From contig JAFXIQ010000041.1 of the NCBI GenBank assembly GCA_017533005.1, forward strand, positions 440 to 64,439: a stretch of DNA of 64,000 nt. The letters are read 5' to 3'. This document shows positions 18,587 through 27,185 of the stretch, piece after piece; the stretch's first letter is position 1, and the number at the start of each line of letters is the position of its first letter. Origin of the DNA: Clostridia bacterium (lineage in GTDB: Bacteria; Bacillota; Clostridia; Christensenellales; DTU072). A program made the position numbers and the translations under genes. Under the pieces are notes generated by a model. That model did no database searches. It was given only the letters and a program-made list of their open reading frames with translations, and had not been told where the DNA came from.

Positions 18587-18742
18587 CTATTCGGCTTCGT
18601 TAGACGTTTCGTTAGTCATACGAGCGTCTTTTCTTGCATTAGTGGCGTTTTCGTTTGCCATCTTTTCGTTGCCGTTAGTTTGGCATTTACAACAATCTTT
18701 TACGTTAGCATTGTTTTGCATTTTGTTGGAAGTCTTGCTCAT
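18587..18742 (-). CDS. Unannotated 51-aa hydrophilic small protein
   Basis: My own translation is MSKTSNKMQNNANVKDCCKCQTNGNEKMANENATNARKDARMTNETSNEAE*. AAAGGAG lies 7 nt upstream of ATG 18742, and the ORF ends just before the bidirectional terminator. It is too short for the 60-aa ORF track. Confidence 0.5.
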   Translation of the reverse strand: MSKTSNKMQNNANVKDCCKCQTNGNEKMANENATNARKDARMTNETSNEAE

Positions 18743-18794
18743 TTTTATATCTCCTTTATGAGTGTTAATGAAATTATGTGCAATTAAATATATT

Positions 18795-20246
18795 TTATAC
18801 TTCCATATTCCAAGCTACGATTTTGTTAGCAAAGTACGGCTCGATTATACCTTTCACGTCTAGACCGGCACCTTTACTCATAGAGGCGTAAAAATCGTCT
18901 ACGCTTGCTATTTTATAAGCGTAACTTCTATAATAATTCGCTAACGCCTTTTGAAAACGCTTCTTCCCGATTACTTCATAAAGTTTATTGAACATCAACG
19001 CGCCTTTATTGTAAACGACTTGGCTATATTCGTAATTCGTATTAAATTTGTATAACGTTGAGTTTATGTTTTTATCATAATCTGGATTTTCTGCATATTT
19101 AAGCTTAATGAAATTATCGAAACTTTTCGTTAATAAAGCGTTATTCGATTCAAATTTATCGTGTGCTCCGTTCAATTCGTAATAGTAGTTCGTTAAAAAG
19201 CTAACTAGGCTCTCATCTTGCCACGGAGCGTTTATACTATCCGAGCCAATTAGCATAGCAAACCATTGATGAGCTGTTTCGTGAATAATGACGGTTTCTT
19301 TTTCCTGAATATCAACGTCGTCAGCTATAAAAACTAGACTCGGATACTCCATACCCCCAAAAACAAAAGGCGTTTCTACTAGCGAATAAACTTCATAAGG
19401 GTATTCCCCCACGAGCTCGCTAAAAGTTGCCATCGCAGACGTTGCAATCGCAATTTCTTCGACGGACTTCTCTCCTTGATAATAGTATTTAATGGTGGTA
19501 TCTTTATAGACACTTGTTACATAACGCATATCTTTACCCGCAACAAATGCAACGTCGCGCATATTTTTGCAAGAAATATTGTATGTATGCACATCTTTTT
19601 CTTGGTTTTTAGACATTTCTACCCCACTATGCGCAAGCGTATACTCCGTAGGTAGCGTAAAAGCAATTTCGTAGTCAGACGTTTCCGAATAAAACGGGTC
19701 GCCTATATACGTATATGCGTCTTCTCGCCACGCTCCGTTCTCAAAAACCGCTAAAATGGGATAGAAATTAGCGAGATTTACGTTATCTTCCCACTCGCCA
19801 AATCGTAAATTTGCTCGTGGGATATCAATACTGCAATCAAGCCCTATCGTAATTTTTTCTTGTGGCTTAAGTGGAGTTAAACACTTAACTTTGAGTATTT
19901 GCTCATTGTAAATATTAGGCGTTTCACATTGTACGCCATCAAGCGTAACGCTATTGATAGAAATACCACCATATCGCGTAAGTGCATCAAAATACGCAAC
20001 TTTTATAGCTTCTTTTCTATAAGCATTAGCGTATAAGTGAAATACTATTTCATTTATCTCCACTTCGCTATTATTATAAAAAGTCACTTCTTCATAAAGT
20101 GACATACTTGACAATTCTTCATTTAACACTAGATTTAATTTGTAAAAATTTTTATTTTCAATAGTTTCCGGAGCTTTTTCCGTACAAGCACTCATTGAAA
20201 ACACTACGAAAAATAATAAAAAAATAACCACAAACGCTTTCTTCAT
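18795..20246 (-). CDS. M1-family zinc metallopeptidase, lipoprotein
   Basis: 483 aa. Lipobox signal MKKAFVVIFLLFFVVFSMSAC and the HEXXH motif in VIIHETAHQWF. Confidence 0.85.
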   Translation of the reverse strand: MKKAFVVIFLLFFVVFSMSACTEKAPETIENKNFYKLNLVLNEELSSMSLYEEVTFYNNSEVEINEIVFHLYANAYRKEAIKVAYFDALTRYGGISINSVTLDGVQCETPNIYNEQILKVKCLTPLKPQEKITIGLDCSIDIPRANLRFGEWEDNVNLANFYPILAVFENGAWREDAYTYIGDPFYSETSDYEIAFTLPTEYTLAHSGVEMSKNQEKDVHTYNISCKNMRDVAFVAGKDMRYVTSVYKDTTIKYYYQGEKSVEEIAIATSAMATFSELVGEYPYEVYSLVETPFVFGGMEYPSLVFIADDVDIQEKETVIIHETAHQWFAMLIGSDSINAPWQDESLVSFLTNYYYELNGAHDKFESNNALLTKSFDNFIKLKYAENPDYDKNINSTLYKFNTNYEYSQVVYNKGALMFNKLYEVIGKKRFQKALANYYRSYAYKIASVDDFYASMSKGAGLDVKGIIEPYFANKIVAWNMEV

Positions 20247-20471
20247 AATTTCACCTTACAAAATTGTATGGCAATTTTTTTAAATGTATTCGTTTTGTGG
20301 AATTTAATAGTATTTTACTTATATTTTACTTCTTCTTTTTAGGAAATATCGAGCCATTTACGGTTTATTGTGATATAATTAAATCAATCAAACAGCTCAT
20401 AATTTTCCCCCTTATCATAGCCAGAGAGGTTCGGTATTTTACCGGACCTTTTTGGCATAGTTAAGGGCTTT

Positions 20472-21374
20472 TTATTGCTCAAACAAATATTTAATCGCGC
20501 TCTCTGCTGCAATAGCACCGTCTGAACAAGCCGTAATTACTTGACGAAGTGGCGTTACGCGTACGTCGCCTGCGACAAAGACGCCTTCAACCGAAGTGCG
20601 CATATATTCATCGCTTACGATATAACCGTTTTCATTCGACAATTTATCCTTGACTAAATCGCTATTCGCAACGGTACCAACAGCTATGAATAAACCACTA
20701 ATTTCTAAACTTTCCTTATTACCGTTTGCACTCTCTATAACTATACTTTCTATAGGTTCCCCTACAAGTTCAGTTACTCTACTTTTAAGTTTAAGTTCGA
20801 CGTTATCCATAGCGCATACTTTGTTTTCTAGGATTTTTGCACCACGGAAAGCATCTCTTCTGTGAATAAGATAAACTTTTTTACAAATATTAGCTAAATA
20901 TATCGTGTCGGTAAGCGCCGTATCTCCACCACCTACTACCGCAACGACTTTGTTACGGAAAAATCCACCGTCACACGTAGCGCAATAAGATACGCCTTGT
21001 CCTATAAGCTCTTCTTCCCTTGCAATACCCAATTTCCTGGGTGATGCGCCTAAAGCTATTATAATAGCGCGCGCTTCATAAGTTTCTCCATTGTCACAAA
21101 CAACTTTTTTCACTTTACCATCAAGGTTAAGGTCTATTGCTTGCGCATATATCGTTTCTGCGCCAAAGCTTTCAGCTTGTTCGCGCATAGTATTAGCTAG
21201 GCTGAATCCGTCTATAGATAGTATTCCGCTATAATTTTCTATATTATGTGTTAGTGAAATTTGTCCACCAACCGACGTTCCTGTTACCACGGCTGTTTTA
21301 AGTCCACCACGTGCGCCGTATATTCCTGCCGTAAACCCTGCAGGTCCGCCACCTAGAATAATTAAATCGAACAT
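20472..21374 (-). CDS. trxB: Thioredoxin-disulfide reductase
   Basis: 300 aa. GGGPAG FAD motif, redox-active CATCDG, GGGDTA NADPH motif. Confidence 0.93.
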   Translation of the reverse strand: MFDLIILGGGPAGFTAGIYGARGGLKTAVVTGTSVGGQISLTHNIENYSGILSIDGFSLANTMREQAESFGAETIYAQAIDLNLDGKVKKVVCDNGETYEARAIIIALGASPRKLGIAREEELIGQGVSYCATCDGGFFRNKVVAVVGGGDTALTDTIYLANICKKVYLIHRRDAFRGAKILENKVCAMDNVELKLKSRVTELVGEPIESIVIESANGNKESLEISGLFIAVGTVANSDLVKDKLSNENGYIVSDEYMRTSVEGVFVAGDVRVTPLRQVITACSDGAIAAESAIKYLFEQ

Positions 21375-21455
21375 AATAAGCTCCTATATCTTATATTGAT
21401 TATATATTAACATAAATATATCAAATAATAAAAACTAATTTTAATTTTTGCTAAC

Positions 21456-21489
21456 AAAAAAAACCAACCATAAAAAATGGTTGGTTTTT
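21456..21489 (-). terminator. Rho-independent terminator after rpsI
   Basis: Stem AACCAACCA pairs with TGGTTGGTT. A long U run follows on the minus strand. Confidence 0.75.
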
Positions 21490-21507
21490 GATTGTGTTGT
21501 CGTTCTC

Positions 21508-21927
21508 TTATCTCTTTGAGAATTGAGGAGCTTTACGAGCTTTGTGTAGACCGTATTTCTTACGTTCTTTCATTCTCGGGTCTCTTGTTAGGAAGCCAGC
21601 TGCCTTAAGAGCAGGACGATATGCTGCGTCTGCTTCGCAAAGTGCGCGTGCGATACCGTGTCTGATAGCACCAGCTTGACCTGTCGTACCACCACCGTTA
21701 ACGTTAACTGCTACGTCAAACTTATCAAGAGTTTCAGTAAGAGTTAAAGGTTGGCGAACGATGAACTTCAATGTTTCTAGTGCAAAGTAATCATCAATAC
21801 CACGTTTGTTGATAACGATATTTCCGTTTCCACCGGGGATAATTCTTACACGTGCAATAGCTTTTTTACGTCTGCCGGTTCCCCAGAATTGAATTTTCTT
21901 TTTAACTACTTTTTTTGCTGCTGTCAT
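21508..21927 (-). CDS. rpsI: 30S ribosomal protein S9
   Basis: 139 aa: [12 protein letters not shown]...[19 protein letters not shown]...[12 protein letters not shown]. Confidence 0.97.
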   Translation of the reverse strand: MTAAKKVVKKKIQFWGTGRRKKAIARVRIIPGGNGNIVINKRGIDDYFALETLKFIVRQPLTLTETLDKFDVAVNVNGGGTTGQAGAIRHGIARALCEADAAYRPALKAAGFLTRDPRMKERKKYGLHKARKAPQFSKR

Positions 21928-21939
21928 AATGCACCTCTA

Positions 21940-22371
21940 TTAGTCCAACTTAAGTTCAACAGGTTGTTGTGCTTGTTGTTTGTGTTCTGCTCCGCAGTAA
22001 ACGAATAGTTTGTCTGCCATAGCTCTTCCAAGTGAGTTTTTGGGAAGCATGCCTTTAACTGCTTTTTTAACTACGAAGTCTGGTCTGGTCTTCATCAACT
22101 TATCGTAACCGATTTGTTTGAGTCCGCCAACGTAACCTGTGTGATAGCTGTAATATTTTTGTTCAAGCTTTTTACCCGTTAGAACAACCTTTGCGCAGTT
22201 GATAACGATAACGTAGTCACCGGTGTCAACGTTTGGTGTGAAAGTGGGTTTATTTTTGCCACGGAGAACGCTTGCAACTCTTGTAGCGAGTCTACCTAGC
22301 GTCATGCCTGTAGCGTCAACAACGTACCATTTTCTTTCGATTGTTTCGGGCTTTGCCATATATGTTTTCAT
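21940..22371 (-). CDS. rplM: 50S ribosomal protein L13
   Basis: I prefer ATG 22371 ([20 protein letters not shown]), preceded by GGAGG. Confidence 0.97.
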   Translation of the reverse strand: MKTYMAKPETIERKWYVVDATGMTLGRLATRVASVLRGKNKPTFTPNVDTGDYVIVINCAKVVLTGKKLEQKYYSYHTGYVGGLKQIGYDKLMKTRPDFVVKKAVKGMLPKNSLGRAMADKLFVYCGAEHKQQAQQPVELKLD

Positions 22372-22452
22372 GGTAAAAACCTCCAAGTATTTTTATTGTT
22401 TTTTCCACTCACGAGGGGCTAATTCGCGCGCAGATATTCAATGTGCTTGTAT

Positions 22453-22481
22453 ATAATATTATATAAAAAATATTAAGTCAA
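22453..22481 (-). promoter_or_regulatory. Candidate promoter of rplM-rpsI (followed by a ~75-nt leader)
   Basis: Minus strand: TTGACT (22481-22476), 17 nt, TATTAT (22458-22453). The leader contains CGCGCGC at 22425-22431. Confidence 0.45.
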
Positions 22482-22521
22482 TTATTTTTAACCGATTTTA
22501 GTAAAATTTTCGCTAAATTTT

Positions 22522-23253
22522 TTAATATTTAACCGACTTAAGTGCGAGTCCACAAGCTGGATAGGTTTTTCCACCCAATTTCCTTATGCCCGTGTCTAGC
22601 ATTCTTTGCGTAGTATCAACAGGAAGCATTCCCCTACCAATAAATACCAAAGTGCCTACAATTATTCTAACCATATTGTACAAGAAACCATTTCCTTCAA
22701 TTTCAAAAATGATTTCGTCGCCACGCACGTCGATGTCTACTCTGTATAATTCCCTAACCTTATTTTGAATACTGCTTCCCGTTGAACAAAACGCTCTAAA
22801 ATCGTGTTCTCCAACCAAACATTTAGCTGCTTCCTTCATGCGTTCAACGTCGACTTCCGGAATTACTTGCGCGTAGTAACGAGCGCGCATCGGACTCAAA
22901 ACACGGCTAACGTAAGTTTTATACACATACGTTTTGCGCTTAGCGGAATATTGTGCGTGGAAATCAGGAGCTACTTCATACATATCGACAATGCGTATGT
23001 CTTGTGGAAGCATAGTGTTTACGGCGTAGCGCATATTAGACGGGGGTACGGTGCTATCAGTATCGAAATGCGCCACTTGCCCATAAGCATGAACGCCTTT
23101 ATCCGTTCTTCCAGAAGCTACTATGACGGTCTTTTTTTGCAAAAATATAGACAATTTATCTTCTATCGTTTGTTGAACGCTGGGTGCGTTATCTTGTCTT
23201 TGCCAACCCGAATAATCGGTACCGTCGTATTCCACGACCATAACGTATCTCAT
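22522..23253 (-). CDS. truA: tRNA pseudouridine(38-40) synthase
   Basis: I prefer ATG 23253 (MRYVMVVEYDGTDYSGWQRQ), which overlaps the ecfT stop by 1 nt. The catalytic RTDKGVHA motif is present. Confidence 0.93.
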   Translation of the reverse strand: MRYVMVVEYDGTDYSGWQRQDNAPSVQQTIEDKLSIFLQKKTVIVASGRTDKGVHAYGQVAHFDTDSTVPPSNMRYAVNTMLPQDIRIVDMYEVAPDFHAQYSAKRKTYVYKTYVSRVLSPMRARYYAQVIPEVDVERMKEAAKCLVGEHDFRAFCSTGSSIQNKVRELYRVDIDVRGDEIIFEIEGNGFLYNMVRIIVGTLVFIGRGMLPVDTTQRMLDTGIRKLGGKTYPACGLALKSVKY

Positions 23254-24068
23254 TAGTACAACCCCCAAAAATTATTATTGACGGCGACTATTAGCACGAT
23301 ATAAACTGCAAAAGCAATAGTTGCAACAAGGTCCCTCCAAGATAAAGTCAACTTCTTATAGCGCGTTCTATTCGGCGTTGCATTATAGCATCTAGCATCA
23401 AGAGCTAACGCAAGCTCATCTGCTCTTCTAAAAGCTGATACGAAAAGCGGTATTAAAACAGGTAGAAGTGCCTTGGCACGTTTAAAAAGATTGCCGTTGT
23501 CAAAGCTCGCACCTCTAGCCTTTTGTGCCATCATAATCTTGTCTACTTCTTCCATCAAAATCGGGATAAAGCGTAGCGCAATACTCATAATAATCGACAC
23601 GTCGTGCACGGGGAATTTAACGAGTTTCAAGGGAGATAGCAAGCTCTCCATACCATCGGTTAGGCTCATAGGAGTCGTTGTATAAGTTAATAATGTAGTA
23701 CCTAACACTAGAAGAAGTAGACGCAACGCCATTTTGATTGAAAACAGCACGCCTTCCTTGGTTATTACTATTATCCAAAAACTCCATAACACTTCGCCTT
23801 CCTTGTGGAATAGCAAATTTAAAATAGCTGTAAATATTACAATGAAAATTATGCCTTTTACGCTCTTTAGTACACTCTTAAACGGTATTCGGGATACTAT
23901 AATCGATGTAATTAAAAATGCGCCGACCACGATATAAGCATATAAACTATCAACTAAAAATACGCCTACGATATATACGATGACGAGCAAAAGTTTAACT
24001 CTTGGGTCGAGCTTATGAGCGAATGACTCGACGGGATAGTATTGACCTAACGTGATATCTCTACTCAT
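23253..24068 (-). CDS. ecfT: ECF transporter transmembrane component
   Basis: The track start is a TTG; I prefer ATG 24068 (MSRDITLGQYYP...). Polytopic, with the conserved ARG motif region (MMAQKARGASF). Confidence 0.88.
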   Translation of the reverse strand: MSRDITLGQYYPVESFAHKLDPRVKLLLVIVYIVGVFLVDSLYAYIVVGAFLITSIIVSRIPFKSVLKSVKGIIFIVIFTAILNLLFHKEGEVLWSFWIIVITKEGVLFSIKMALRLLLLVLGTTLLTYTTTPMSLTDGMESLLSPLKLVKFPVHDVSIIMSIALRFIPILMEEVDKIMMAQKARGASFDNGNLFKRAKALLPVLIPLFVSAFRRADELALALDARCYNATPNRTRYKKLTLSWRDLVATIAFAVYIVLIVAVNNNFWGLY

Positions 24069-24915
24069 TCGGTACCGCCTTCTCAATAGCGTTTACTAAG
24101 CTATCAACGTCAAGACAACTCTCGTTTATTTCAACGCCCTTCTCGCTCAAAAGGCGTGCAATATTCACGGTATGTGGAAGCGATAAACCTGTACCTACAA
24201 GCTTTTCTTTATCGCTAAATAGTTCTTCCGGAGTGGTGTCATAAATGAGCTTACCTTCGTGTAAAACGATAACGTGGTCGCAATACTCGGCGATTTCGTC
24301 CATATTGTGGCTAATCATAATTATCGTTTTTACGAAGCTGTCTTTGAGTCTTTTTACTAGGTCAAGAATTTCTCTCTTACCTATCGGGTCAAGACCTGCG
24401 GTGGGTTCGTCTAAAACTAGAATAGACGGACGTGATGCTATTATTCCCGCTATCGCGACACGCCTTTTTTGACCACCTGAAAGCTCGAAAGGTGATTTAT
24501 CTTTTACTTCGTAATAATCAAGGCCAACAAGCTCGATTGCTTGTCTAACCATATAATCGATATCTTCTTTTTTATAACCAAAATTCTTGGGACCAAACGC
24601 TACGTCCGCCTCTACGGTGTCTTCAAATAATTGGTATTCAGGGTATTGGAAAAGCATACCTATCTTTGAACGTAAAAGCTGTAGGTTTATTCGCTTTTGC
24701 GATAGGTCTATATCATCGATTACGATGCTACCATTCGTAACTCTTATTAGCGCGTTAAGGTGTTGTATAAGCGTTGACTTACCACTACCTGTCGTGCCGA
24801 TAATGCCCAACGTTTCTCCGTCTTTTATTGTGAATGAAACATCTTCTAGCGCGCGTTTCTCGTATGCACTTTTTGCTCCGTATACGAAGGAAAGATTCTT
24901 TATTTCAATTGACAT
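24061..24915 (-). CDS. ecfA2: ECF transporter ATPase
   Basis: 284 aa. Walker A GTTGSGKST, signature LSGGQKRRVAIA, Walker B LVLDEPTAGLD. Confidence 0.92.
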   Translation of the reverse strand: MSIEIKNLSFVYGAKSAYEKRALEDVSFTIKDGETLGIIGTTGSGKSTLIQHLNALIRVTNGSIVIDDIDLSQKRINLQLLRSKIGMLFQYPEYQLFEDTVEADVAFGPKNFGYKKEDIDYMVRQAIELVGLDYYEVKDKSPFELSGGQKRRVAIAGIIASRPSILVLDEPTAGLDPIGKREILDLVKRLKDSFVKTIIMISHNMDEIAEYCDHVIVLHEGKLIYDTTPEELFSDKEKLVGTGLSLPHTVNIARLLSEKGVEINESCLDVDSLVNAIEKAVPNE

Positions 24916-25733
24916 AATTCCTCCGCAAGCTCTTTATCCGTTAAGCAAAACTTAATCGGATAACCTCTTTCTATTAATTTTTCCGATACGCGAGCAGCAA
25001 CTGGAAGTTCTAGCCCCGCTCTACGTATAACGTCGGTTTGTTGATAAACTTCACTCGGTGCGCCGTCTAGTATGACTTCTCCGTCGTTCATAACCACTAT
25101 TCTATCTGCGTCAATCGCTTCGTCCATATAGTGCGTTATGAGAATAACGGTCATATTCTCTTCTTTGTTGAGTTTGTGCGCCGTTTCCAACACTTCGCTA
25201 CGTCCCTTGGGATCGAGCATAGCCGTGCTTTCATCCAAAATCAAAATATTCGGAAGCATAGCAAGTACTGCTGCTATTGCAATACGTTGCTTTTGTCCAC
25301 CAGAAAGTTTTGTAGGCGTTCTGTGCCTATGTTCGCTCATATTAACGATATCGAGCGCCCAATTTATACGCCTTCCTATCTCTTCTCTTTCTACACCTAA
25401 ATTCTCCGGGCCAAAAGCCAAGTCGTCCTCAATAATCGATGCAACCATTTGGTTATCGGGATTTTGGAAAACCATACCGACTCTACTTCTCAAATCAAAA
25501 ATCTTGCTTTCATCGGCAGTGTTGATTCCATCAACGATAATTTCGCCTTCGGTGGGCGTTAAAAATCCATTCAAAAGTTTTGCTAGGGTAGATTTACCAG
25601 AGCCATTATGACCTAGTAACACGACAAAACTGCCTCGCTCTATTTCGAGGTTAACGTTCTTGACGCCACGGCTTATTTGCTCGCCGGTAACGTAATTAAA
25701 ACTAACGTCTTTAATCGTGATTATCGTATCCAT
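24900..25733 (-). CDS. ecfA1: ECF transporter ATPase
   Basis: 277 aa. Walker A GHNGSGKST, signature [12 protein letters not shown], Walker B LILDESTAMLD. Confidence 0.92.
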   Translation of the reverse strand: MDTIITIKDVSFNYVTGEQISRGVKNVNLEIERGSFVVLLGHNGSGKSTLAKLLNGFLTPTEGEIIVDGINTADESKIFDLRSRVGMVFQNPDNQMVASIIEDDLAFGPENLGVEREEIGRRINWALDIVNMSEHRHRTPTKLSGGQKQRIAIAAVLAMLPNILILDESTAMLDPKGRSEVLETAHKLNKEENMTVILITHYMDEAIDADRIVVMNDGEVILDGAPSEVYQQTDVIRRAGLELPVAARVSEKLIERGYPIKFCLTDKELAEELCQLK

Positions 25734-25741
25734 ACCAAATG

Positions 25742-25770
25742 ATTATACATTAATTTGCGCGCGAATGCAA
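25742..25770 (-). promoter_or_regulatory. Internal sigma-A-type promoter directly in front of ecfA1
   Basis: Minus strand: TTGCAT (25770-25765), 17-nt spacer TCGCGCGCAAATTAATG, TATAAT (25747-25742). The ATG of ecfA1 lies only 8 nt after the -10, with no SD. Confidence 0.55.
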
Positions 25771-25789
25771 AATAAATACGGTTAGTATT

Positions 25790-26332
25790 TTAATTATTAG
25801 CAAAAAATCTTTCCTTAAGCTTGGTTAAAAGTTTAGTGAGTGGCACGAAAGCTACTGCCAAAACTATCACGTTAGATATGAAATGAATTATAAAAAATGT
25901 AACGCCTTTAACGTAAATTGCAACGAACATTGATAAAATTTCTTCTCCACCTGCGTAAAAACAAGCATCTACAAAAGACGTTAACACGCCGAAAAACAGT
26001 GTCATAACTCCCGCAATTATCGCAGGGAATAAATATTTATTTTTCTCGATAAGTTTTACGCAAAGCCATGTTATTATTGCAAGCATAGGCCAATAAACGT
26101 AGTAGCTCACAACCCACGTATTAATTGGGAAAATAAAAATCTCTAACGTAACGAAAATCAACACCGTCGGCAAGGATATTTTTAAGCCAAATACTACTGT
26201 ATAAACCATAACGAGTAGCGTTACAATCTCTACATTAGGAATACTAGATAACGCGAACTTACCGCCAGTTAAAGTGGCGGTAAGTAACGCGATAAGCACT
26301 ATTACTTTCGTTGCGTTTTTTGCTTTACTCAT
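25790..26332 (-). CDS. ECF-type S-component-like membrane protein (candidate cobalamin-specific, CbrT-like by context)
   Basis: 180 aa, ~6 hydrophobic segments. Its start overlaps the DUF4430 stop (TAATG). It lies between a B12 riboswitch and ecfA1A2T. Confidence 0.55.
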   Translation of the reverse strand: MSKAKNATKVIVLIALLTATLTGGKFALSSIPNVEIVTLLVMVYTVVFGLKISLPTVLIFVTLEIFIFPINTWVVSYYVYWPMLAIITWLCVKLIEKNKYLFPAIIAGVMTLFFGVLTSFVDACFYAGGEEILSMFVAIYVKGVTFFIIHFISNVIVLAVAFVPLTKLLTKLKERFFANN

Positions 26333-26823
26333 TAATAACTAATAACCGTGAAAATATAAGTTTGGTTATCTTGAATTGGCATTTGAGATACCCCTACCAT
26401 TGCAGAATAGTATGTAACACCATCAACGTCCATAGTCCATTCCGTAGTGGAATATTGGGTATCACTTATACTAGAATAGAACACTACGTATTCGCCGTTC
26501 AATTCGTTACCGTATGTATTGTCGCCAACTACAAAGCTAACTATATACTTACCGTAAGAACCATCTTGCACATTGATTTTTGCATTCAAACTCTCATCTC
26601 CGTTTAGCTCGTAAATCAGAGCTTCGAGCGTGTCTGCATCGGTAGTTTTAGTATGGCTAAATAGCACGTTACCACTAGCAGAAACAAATTTAACGGTAAC
26701 TTCTGCACCCTCAACTTCAGTGGGCTTTTGAAGCTCTCTAATAGCTATAACTGCACCAACTGCGATAGCCATAACAACTACAAGAACTACTACTGTAATT
26801 ACAATTTTCTTTTTGTTACTCAT
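26332..26823 (-). CDS. Membrane-anchored DUF4430-like (transcobalamin-like) protein
   Basis: I prefer ATG 26823 (MSNKKKIVITVVVLVVVMAIAVGAV...), preceded by GGAG. An N-terminal TM anchor is followed by a ~130-aa domain. The assignment rests on size, context and general resemblance. Confidence 0.55.
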   Translation of the reverse strand: MSNKKKIVITVVVLVVVMAIAVGAVIAIRELQKPTEVEGAEVTVKFVSASGNVLFSHTKTTDADTLEALIYELNGDESLNAKINVQDGSYGKYIVSFVVGDNTYGNELNGEYVVFYSSISDTQYSTTEWTMDVDGVTYYSAMVGVSQMPIQDNQTYIFTVISY

Positions 26824-26835
26824 TTCTATCTCCTT

Positions 26836-26868
26836 CAAAATAAAAATCCTCTCCACGAAGGAAAGGAT
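26836..26868 (-). terminator. Riboswitch expression-platform terminator
   Basis: Minus-strand RNA stem AUCCUUUCC pairs with GGAGAGGAU (one G-U pair), loop UUCGU, followed by UUUUUAUUUUG. It lies just upstream of the DUF4430 SD. Confidence 0.65.
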
Positions 26869-27087
26869 ACACCAACAAAGTTATGAATTCATCCATAACT
26901 CAAAATTATATACTTCCCTCCGAAATATATTTAACTCGTCGCAGGTAGGTCTCCCGGCTCGATAGTCGCTCACGCGACTTGTGGTCTTCACGATTTCTCA
27001 TTGACTTATCACATTCTCTTACGGTAGCGGGGGCTGCGGCTACTGCACTTCCCTGTTATGCGTCAGCACCATACGACTTATTCAGCT
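26869..27087 (-). promoter_or_regulatory. Cobalamin (B12) riboswitch
   Basis: The minus-strand RNA reads GGUGCUGACGCAUAACAGGGAAGUGCAGUAGCCGCAGCCCCCGCUACCGUAAG ... GCCGGGAGACCUACCUGCGACG. This matches the conserved AxAGGGAA, GCAGCCCCCGCUACCGUAA core and a B12-box-like GAGACCUACCUGC. Confidence 0.8.
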
Positions 27088-27093
27088 ATCTAA

Positions 27094-27122
27094 ATTATAA
27101 CACTCACGTATTCTTTTGACAA
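27094..27122 (-). promoter_or_regulatory. Promoter of the B12 riboswitch operon
   Basis: Minus strand: TTGTCA (27122-27117), 17 nt, TATAAT (27099-27094). It lies back-to-back with the aroC promoter, with the -35 boxes 5 bp apart. Confidence 0.6.
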
Positions 27123-27127
27123 GAATA

Positions 27128-27156
27128 TTGACTAAAAATTCTTTTAGGTATATAAT
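27128..27156 (+). promoter_or_regulatory. Promoter of aroC
   Basis: TTGACT (27128-27133), 17 nt, TATAAT (27151-27156). AGGAGG lies before ATG 27186. Confidence 0.65.
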
Positions 27157-27185
27157 TTATAATAGTACTTTAGGAGGCTCGCACT

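Noticed and set aside
18576-18761. 61-aa plus-strand track ORF (MRTYYSASLDVSLVIRASFLALVAF...)
   Set aside because: It has no SD and starts inside a terminator region. Its sequence is low-complexity and hydrophobic. The opposite strand carries a better-supported 51-aa ORF with AAAGGAG and a terminator.
20365-20400. 11-codon micro-ORF (MSCLIDLIISQ) with an AAGGGGG SD in the trxB / M1-peptidase intergenic region
   Set aside because: It is too short to evaluate and could arise by chance in a 225-bp gap. The neighbouring partial hairpins (20408-20470) have mismatches and no U tract. It is worth a look only if Ribo-seq exists.
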